Assembly (NCBI GenBank): GCA_040772485.1
Contig: JAXGYC010000010.1
Span: 288,001-352,000, forward strand
Reading direction: 5' to 3'
DNA: 64,000 nt
Source of the DNA: Sedimentisphaerales bacterium
GTDB taxonomy: Bacteria; Planctomycetota; Phycisphaerae; Sedimentisphaerales; Anaerobacaceae
Both the position numbers and the translations under genes were made by a program. The first letter of the stretch is position 1, and each line of letters opens with the position of its first letter. Shown here piece after piece: positions 58,239 to 64,000 of this stretch. Under the pieces are notes generated by a model. That model saw nothing but the letters and a program-made list of their open reading frames with translations. It did not search any database and was not told the origin of the DNA.

Positions 58239-59177
58239 ATGTCGGATCGAAACTGGATGCAGCAGCCGTCGGGTTCGCCTGGCCAGGCCGAAGCAGGAAG
58301 GGATGTGCGGTGGGCTCTCGATCTGCGCAGAGGCCTGCGGATGGTGGCGATGCTCGTGCTCTGGGCCGGCGTCAGCCTGCCGGCCGGGCGCGTGGCGATC
58401 GCCACACAGCAGAGCGCCGAGGCGAATTCCCCGCCCCCTGAAACCGCGCCGCCACCCGAGGAAGCCCCGGTCGTCTACTACGGCTACAACATCGTCCGGA
58501 CCTATCCGCACGATGAACGCAACTTCACCCAGGGTCTGGTCTACGAGGACGGCTATCTCTACGAAGGCACCGGCCTCTACAAGCAGTCGGTCCTGATCAG
58601 GCGCCACCTCGAAAGCGGCCGCATCGTCAAACGGCTCCGCCTGCCCGATCAGTATTTCGGCGAGGGGATCGCGCTCTTCGGCGACAAGGTCATCCAACTG
58701 ACGTGGAAATCCGAGGTGGCGTTCGTCTACGACAAGACGACGTTCCGCGAGTTGGAGCAGTTCCATTTCAGCGGCCAGGGCTGGGGCCTGACCAGCGACG
58801 GGACCCGGCTGATCCTCAGCGACGGGACCAGCGTGCTGCGTTTTCTCGACCCGAACACCTACGTCGAAACCGGCCGCCTCCGCGTCCACAACGACCGCCG
58901 CCCGGTGCGCCAGATCAATGAGCTCGAGTTCATCGACGGGCAGATCTACGCCAACATCCTGCCGACCGATTACATCGCCATCATCTCGCCGCAGACCGGC
59001 CGTATCACCGGCTGGATCGACCTGACCGGACTGTACATCGCTCCCGAGCACAGCCCTTCCAACGTCGTCCTCAACGGCATCGCCTATATGCCCGAGAGCA
59101 AGCACCTGCTCGTCACCGGCAAGTGCTGGCCCAAGATCTACGAGATCGAACTGGTCCCGCAGACGTCGGAGCCGTAG
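58239..59177 (+). CDS. Glutaminyl-peptide cyclotransferase (beta-propeller, type I)
   Basis: YPHD...FTQGL, LYEGTG.Y, YFGEG, QLTW, GWGLT, SDG, NELE, VLNGIA, TGK.WP; start uncertain (58239, 58305 or 58341). Confidence 0.92.
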   Translation: MSDRNWMQQPSGSPGQAEAGRDVRWALDLRRGLRMVAMLVLWAGVSLPAGRVAIATQQSAEANSPPPETAPPPEEAPVVYYGYNIVRTYPHDERNFTQGLVYEDGYLYEGTGLYKQSVLIRRHLESGRIVKRLRLPDQYFGEGIALFGDKVIQLTWKSEVAFVYDKTTFRELEQFHFSGQGWGLTSDGTRLILSDGTSVLRFLDPNTYVETGRLRVHNDRRPVRQINELEFIDGQIYANILPTDYIAIISPQTGRITGWIDLTGLYIAPEHSPSNVVLNGIAYMPESKHLLVTGKCWPKIYEIELVPQTSEP

Positions 59178-59201
59178 GGGCGAATCATCATTCGCCCGTA
59201 C
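59174..59201. repeat. GTAG-type REP palindrome, copy 2
   Basis: GTAGGGGCGAATCATCATTCGCCCGTAC; its TAG is the stop codon of the cyclotransferase gene. Confidence 0.8.
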
Positions 59202-59202
59202 T

Positions 59203-60807
59203 TCAATCGAGCGGCCGGAATGGGACGCCCAGGGCCCGCAGCCGTTCGAGGTGGTGACGCAATCGGCCGACGAATTGTTCGTAGTCCTTCGCCTCCTTCG
59301 CCGACCAACCGATCTCCGCCAGCGCCGCCGCACGCGGATAGGTCATGTAGTACCGATGCTCGGGCGTGGCAATGAACTCGCCCCAGAGCTGGCCTTGCAC
59401 GCCGAGCACGTGTCGGGCCTTGTCCGGCGCGATGGCGTCAGGGACCGGATCGTAGGAGTACACCTTAGCCAGCGGCAGGTTCCCTCCGATCGCCAGAGGC
59501 TCCGACGCGGCCGGGCCTTGATAGTAGTCGAAGTACGTGTGCGACGTCGGCGCCATCACGACGTCGTGCCCGGCGTTGGCGGCCGCGATGCCCCCCTGCT
59601 CGCCCCGCCACGACATGACCGTGGCCCCGGGCGCCAGGCCGCCCTGAAGAATCTCGTCCCACCCGACCAGCCGCCGGCCGTGACTCGACAGGAAGGCGTC
59701 CATCTGCGCGATGAACCAACTGTGCAGCTCGTGGGCGTCCTTGAGCTGCAGTCGTTTCATCTGCGCCTGCATCTCGGGGTCGTTAATCCAAAGCTCGATG
59801 TTCGCCTCGTCGCCACCGATGTGGATATGCCTGCTCGGAAACAGCTCCATCACTTCGGTCAGCACATCCTGGAAGAAGATGACCGTCTGCGGACGGGGCG
59901 CGAGAAGACCCGAGGTCTCGCGCCACCGCTTCTGGGGTTCCAACGAGGCGAGGCGATCCGGTGCGATGCCCAGCTCCGGGTAGGCGACGATCTCGGCTCC
60001 GGCGTGGAAGGGCATCTCAATCTCCGGCACGATCGTGATGTGGCGGTCGGCCGCGTACTGGACGATCTGGCGAATGTCGTCCTGCGTGTAGAAGCCGAAG
60101 CAGCGCGGTCCCGTGCCGTCGCGATGGCGGAGGTTCCAGTCCATCTGCGAACCGAGTTCTGTGAGCTTCGGGTACTTCTTGATCTCGATCCGCCAGCCCT
60201 CGTTGTCCGTCAGATGGATCTGCAAACGGTTGAACTTGTGCAGCGACATCACGTCGAGGAAGCGCATCACGTCCTCTTTGGCGATGAAGTGACGGGCCGG
60301 ATCGATCAGCAGACCGCGCCAGCCAAAGCGAGGATAGTCCGTGATCTTCACGCAGGGCACGTCCCACGTGACGTCGTCGACCTTCGACGGGCTCAAGACC
60401 GCCGCAGGCAGAAGCTGCCGCAACGTCTGGATGCCATAGAACAACCCCGCCGGCTGCGCCGCGACGATCGCGACCTGTTCCGGCGTCACTCGCAGCTCAT
60501 AGCCCTCGGCGCCGAGCGTCGAGAGGCTATCGTCCAGCCGCATCTCGATGGCCCGCTCGCCGGGCTTGGATGACGTCGTCAGTTCCAGCGCGAATCCCAT
60601 TGCGGGCGCCAACGCTGCGGCCAGCTTCTTCGCCTCGACCGCCGCGGCACCCTGCGCGACGATCCGCGTCGAAGGCGTGACACGAAAGGCCCCGTCCGCC
60701 CGCTCGACCGCGACCGGCTGTGGAATCACGTTGATGTCGCCACCGCTCGCCCTCGACGACAGCCCCAGAGCCAGAACCACTCCAAACACCATCACAAATC
60801 GCACCAT
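59203..60807 (-). CDS. Secreted GH20 beta-N-acetylhexosaminidase
   Basis: D.PRF.WRG..ID.ARHF, HLTD..GWR.EI, FYTQ, PEIEMP.H, HIGGDE, GWDE, YFDY, LW.E, YPR. Confidence 0.93.
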   Translation of the reverse strand: MVRFVMVFGVVLALGLSSRASGGDINVIPQPVAVERADGAFRVTPSTRIVAQGAAAVEAKKLAAALAPAMGFALELTTSSKPGERAIEMRLDDSLSTLGAEGYELRVTPEQVAIVAAQPAGLFYGIQTLRQLLPAAVLSPSKVDDVTWDVPCVKITDYPRFGWRGLLIDPARHFIAKEDVMRFLDVMSLHKFNRLQIHLTDNEGWRIEIKKYPKLTELGSQMDWNLRHRDGTGPRCFGFYTQDDIRQIVQYAADRHITIVPEIEMPFHAGAEIVAYPELGIAPDRLASLEPQKRWRETSGLLAPRPQTVIFFQDVLTEVMELFPSRHIHIGGDEANIELWINDPEMQAQMKRLQLKDAHELHSWFIAQMDAFLSSHGRRLVGWDEILQGGLAPGATVMSWRGEQGGIAAANAGHDVVMAPTSHTYFDYYQGPAASEPLAIGGNLPLAKVYSYDPVPDAIAPDKARHVLGVQGQLWGEFIATPEHRYYMTYPRAAALAEIGWSAKEAKDYEQFVGRLRHHLERLRALGVPFRPLD

Positions 60808-60948
60808 GTCATGGTCCCTTTCAAAATCACCGCATCACAACCGACCATACCGCCCCCCGCCCCACCCCGCAATCCCAAACTCCGCCGGAACCGGTCGCGA
60901 CACACACTTGACGCAGCCGGGAGATCCCTGTAGACTATCTCCCGGATG

Positions 60949-61161
60949 TGCGAAGGGAAGCTATGCGTGGAGAGGTTCCCACAGTCCGGCCCGTTGTCCC
61001 CAAGCCGCGTGGCGACACCAAGTGGTTCGCCCAATCAGTTGGCGGGCCGAGGCCCACTCTACGTCTGGGATATGCGCTTGACGCGGGCGAGGCATTTTCA
61101 TAGGCTGGATTTCGAGAAATGCGGAGGGAACATATGCGTGGAGAGGCTTGGACAATCCGGC
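60949..61161 (+). repeat. Two 42-bp imperfect direct repeats (60949-60990, 61120-61161)
   Basis: TGCGAAGGGAAGCTATGCGTGGAGAGGTTCCCACAGTCCGGC vs TGCGGAGGGAACATATGCGTGGAGAGGCTTGGACAATCCGGC, 34/42 identical. Confidence 0.8.
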
Positions 61162-61267
61162 GATGTGCACCCACGGCTGCGGCCGCGTGCAATCCCCCGC
61201 CGTCCATCCACCCGCACAGTTCCGCAGATGCATGCCGTTGGACCATACGTTCGTGGGAGGTGTTCTT

Positions 61268-61897
61268 ATGAAACGCAAGCTGCAAACTCCGATCATGGCC
61301 ATTCTGCTCGTCCTGCTTCCGCTCATCGCTTTTTCAGGAGCCGAACAGACGCCGTCCGAGTCTTACTATGAACGATTGAAGTCATTGGTGAGAGTGAGAG
61401 AGGGATACTATGTCTCGATTCATCCGGCCGCGAAAGACCGAGACGTCAACCTGATAGAGATCGAAAAGGGGGCTGCGGGCGTCGTCTTTGGCGCGTCGAT
61501 GGATGATGTGATTGCCGTCTGGGGCTTCCCAGAGTCCATCCGGGTCAATGGATTCCTTAAGACGTGGTTTCTGCGGATTGGCGGAAGCTGCTTCGGCTTT
61601 GTTGACAATCGCCTCACCACCATCGCCGTTTGCCGCGGTGCAGTGAAGAATGCCCATCTGGCAAACGGTATCGGTTTTGAATCCTGCTATGATGAGGTGA
61701 GGTCTGCCTTTGGTGAGCCTGTAGAGGCCACGGACCTTGAGCTTACCTTCGTGACAGAGGATGGCTAAACCATTGAGTTCTGTTTCTGGGATGAACCTGT
61801 TTGGGGCAGACGTGAGCTCATAGCCATCACGATATCCTGCCCGGATTCAGAAGAATCCGCGCGGAGCCGCTTCGACAGGGAAGGGCCAACGCGGTAG
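61268..61897 (+). pseudogene. Secreted hypothetical protein with a probable premature in-frame TAA at 61766-61768
   Basis: GGAGGTG RBS and signal peptide; two repeats (G.S.D.V...(W/F)G.P). The second repeat continues past TAA as TIEFCFWDEPVWGRRELIAITI to TAG at 61897. Visibly lower GC. Confidence 0.55.
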
Positions 61898-62111
61898 GCG
61901 GCAAACGTCCTGACGACGGAATGCCACCCGTACCGAAAACCATCGGCAAGCTCGCGCTTGCCGCTGCCACACGTGGCTCTCCGCGCCTGCGATGGGCCGG
62001 CCTGGAATATCTGTGCAGATACAGCATGGGCCACAGCCCATCGTACGGGCGTCCGACGGGCTTTGGGACGCGATTGCCCGCTTCAAGGTGAGGCGCGCGG
62101 CGCGACCCTTA

Positions 62112-62232
62112 TGTCACCCCGAGGGAAAGGAAGTGCAGCCGAGGAGTCTGGCCAACAGAGAATGCGCGCTTCGGGTCTGCGGCTGGATTTCTCCGCTGCG
62201 CCTGCCTTCGGCAGGCTCCGGTCGAAATGACA
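62112..62232. mobile_element. MITE-like palindromic element with TGTCA...TGACA ends
   Basis: TGTCACCCCGAG...GATTTCTCCGCT...CCTGCCTTCGGCAGG...GTCGAAATGACA; no coding capacity. Confidence 0.55.
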
Positions 62233-62253
62233 AGGCCGGCATCGGCATCGTCC

Positions 62254-62281
62254 GCAGGGGCGAATGATGATTCGCCTCTGC
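62254..62281. repeat. REP palindrome, copy 3 (GCAG/CTGC variant)
   Basis: GCAGGGGCGAATGATGATTCGCCTCTGC. Confidence 0.75.
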
Positions 62282-62388
62282 CACAAGCAGTCAGCGGCCT
62301 CCAGGAATTCGTCTGTCTCGACCCCGGTGTCCTGACCGACCCTCAGCCAGCCAAGGCCAAAACGGGCCATCGCGTCCGGGTTTGGGGA

Positions 62389-62417
62389 TTGCGGGCGAGG
62401 GGCGATTGTGGTATGAT
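62389..62417 (+). promoter_or_regulatory. Sigma70-type promoter candidate with extended -10
   Basis: TTGCGG-N17-TATGAT preceded by TG. Confidence 0.55.
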
Positions 62418-62547
62418 AGAGGGTGCTCGGGGTCGCTGCGGCCGGGGTTTGTCTATGCGGCCGGAGGCGATCTGGAGGAGCAGAGGGGAGACACTGGGTA
62501 GGTACCTTGGGTACGGTCTGAGTGGCAGTTCTTCGAGGAGGACTTGT

Positions 62548-64000
62548 ATGTTCAAGAAACGAACCCCGGAACGGACGTCCCGGCGCGCCGGGACGCTCCT
62601 GCGCAGTTTCGTGCTCGGGCTGACACTGATCCTGACCTCCATCGGCGTCGCAGCCGATCCCTCGCTGGTCGGGTGGTGGACGTTCGACGAGGGCTCGGGA
62701 ACGGTCGCCCACGACGCCAGCGGGCGGGGCCACGACGGCACGCTCCGGGGCGGTCCGACGTGGGTGATCGGACGCGTCGACGGCGCACTGCTGTTCGACG
62801 GCAAAGACGACTACGTGAACATCGGGAGCGTGGGAATCAGCGCGGCCGCCGACAGAACGGTTATGGCGTGGGTCAAGGCCAGCACGGCGACCATACCCGA
62901 CAAGACGAGCGTCTTCGGCTTCGTCCCGGACGGAAGCATCGAGGGCACCTATTATGACATGGAAGTGGACGACAAGGGCAACTACATCGCCCACATCTGC
63001 GGCTACCAGTGGGTCCTCGCGCCGGTCGACACGGAATGGCACCATATGGCCGGCACCTACGAAACCAGCACCGGCAGTTGGTTTCTGGACGGCCGGTTCA
63101 TCGACAGCGCGGATGGAGACATCGGGACGATCGACCAGGTGCGAATCGGCACGCGGCCCAGCAGCGGCAAGTACTTCCCCGGCCTGATCGACGACGTCCG
63201 CATCTACAACCGCGCGCTGACGGAGGCCGAGATTCAGTCCGTGATGGTGGGCACCGACCTGGGGCAGGCGACGGCCCCCCGCCCGGCGAACGGGGCGCAG
63301 GACATCCCTCGCGACGCCGTGCTGTCTTGGACGCCCGACGCCTCCGCCGTCCGGCACAACATCTATCTGGGCACGAGCTGGGACGACGTGCGCAGCGCCA
63401 GCGCCGCCGATCCGCGAGGTGTGCTGGTCGGCGCAGGCTTGGCCGGAGCCACGTTCGATCCCGAGGGGCTGCTTGCGTTGGACCAGACGTATTACTGGCG
63501 CGTCGACGGCATCGGCACCGCTCCCGACAACACCGTATTCAAAGGCCGAGTCTGGAGTTTCGCCTCGGAGCGCTTCGCCTATCCCATCGAGAATATCGTA
63601 GCCACCGCGTCGCACACGGACGCCGACGCCGAACCGGAGAAGACGGTCGATGGCTCCGGCGTGAACGCCCAGGACCAGCACTCCATGAACTCGCGTGACA
63701 TGTGGCTGGCCAGCCCCGGCCCCGACGAGCCTGTGTGGATTCAGTACGACTTCGATCGCGTCTACAAGCTCCATCAGATGCTGGTCTGGAACTACAATAC
63801 GGAGTTCGAGTTGCTGCTCGGCTTCGGCCTTAAGAACGTCACGGTCGAATACTCGGCCGACGGCGCTGAGTGGGTCGCACTGGGAGACGTCGAGTTCGCC
63901 CAAGCGACGGCCAACCCCTCGTACGTGTACAACACGACGGTGGATTTCGAGGGCGTTGCGGCCAGGAGCGTCCGCCTGACCGTCCGCAGCGGCTACGGGC
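62548..64000 (+). CDS. Secreted modular protein (N-terminal LamG + family core), runs off window edge
   Basis: Not in the ORF track. GAGGAGG RBS, then MFKKRTP..GLTLILTSIGVAA-DPSLVGWWTFDEGSG..ALLFDG..IDDVRIYNRALT, then DIPRDAVLSW..TYYWRVDG..VDGSG..DQHS..MW..VWNYN. Confidence 0.88.
   Translation, partial: MFKKRTPERTSRRAGTLLRSFVLGLTLILTSIGVAADPSLVGWWTFDEGSGTVAHDASGRGHDGTLRGGPTWVIGRVDGALLFDGKDDYVNIGSVGISAAADRTVMAWVKASTATIPDKTSVFGFVPDGSIEGTYYDMEVDDKGNYIAHICGYQWVLAPVDTEWHHMAGTYETSTGSWFLDGRFIDSADGDIGTIDQVRIGTRPSSGKYFPGLIDDVRIYNRALTEAEIQSVMVGTDLGQATAPRPANGAQDIPRDAVLSWTPDASAVRHNIYLGTSWDDVRSASAADPRGVLVGAGLAGATFDPEGLLALDQTYYWRVDGIGTAPDNTVFKGRVWSFASERFAYPIENIVATASHTDADAEPEKTVDGSGVNAQDQHSMNSRDMWLASPGPDEPVWIQYDFDRVYKLHQMLVWNYNTEFELLLGFGLKNVTVEYSADGAEWVALGDVEFAQATANPSYVYNTTVDFEGVAARSVRLTVRSGYG

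Noticed and set aside
60949..61161. CRISPR array
   Set aside because: Only two degenerate copies, a 129-bp spacer, and no cas genes.

Overview
High-GC bacterial chromosomal window, most likely from Planctomycetota (Phycisphaerae/Sedimentisphaerales-like). This is inferred from the TIGR02989-like and membrane-anchored ECF sigma factors, an H-X9-DG prepilin-like gene, three DUF1080 genes, Tat-exported Gfo/Idh/MocA and GH enzymes, and an expanded secreted LamG/F5-8 family. Housekeeping genes (pepF, ribBA, pgsA-like, pdxJ, dapA, dnaG-rpoD, tatD, yraN, rplS, purF, rpsA, ispH) are interleaved with secreted glycan-active genes (GH2, GH20, GH51-like, SGNH, DUF1080 + oxidoreductase). The most striking signal is a modular family of four secreted paralogs (three complete, ~1000 aa): a shared core, interchangeable N-terminal domains, an optional ~190-aa domain inserted into a core loop, and a ~700-bp tract about 95% identical between two neighbours. 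Other signals: a glutaminyl cyclase alongside several Gln-starting mature secreted proteins, a PurF lacking the catalytic Cys1, a CLC with a GPGVP signature, several REP/MITE-like palindromes (one inside a Tat signal peptide), inverted heptamer arrays, one decayed pseudogene and one gene with an in-frame premature stop. No rRNA, tRNA, CRISPR array, transposase or integrase was recognised. All calls come from reading motifs by eye, with no database search.
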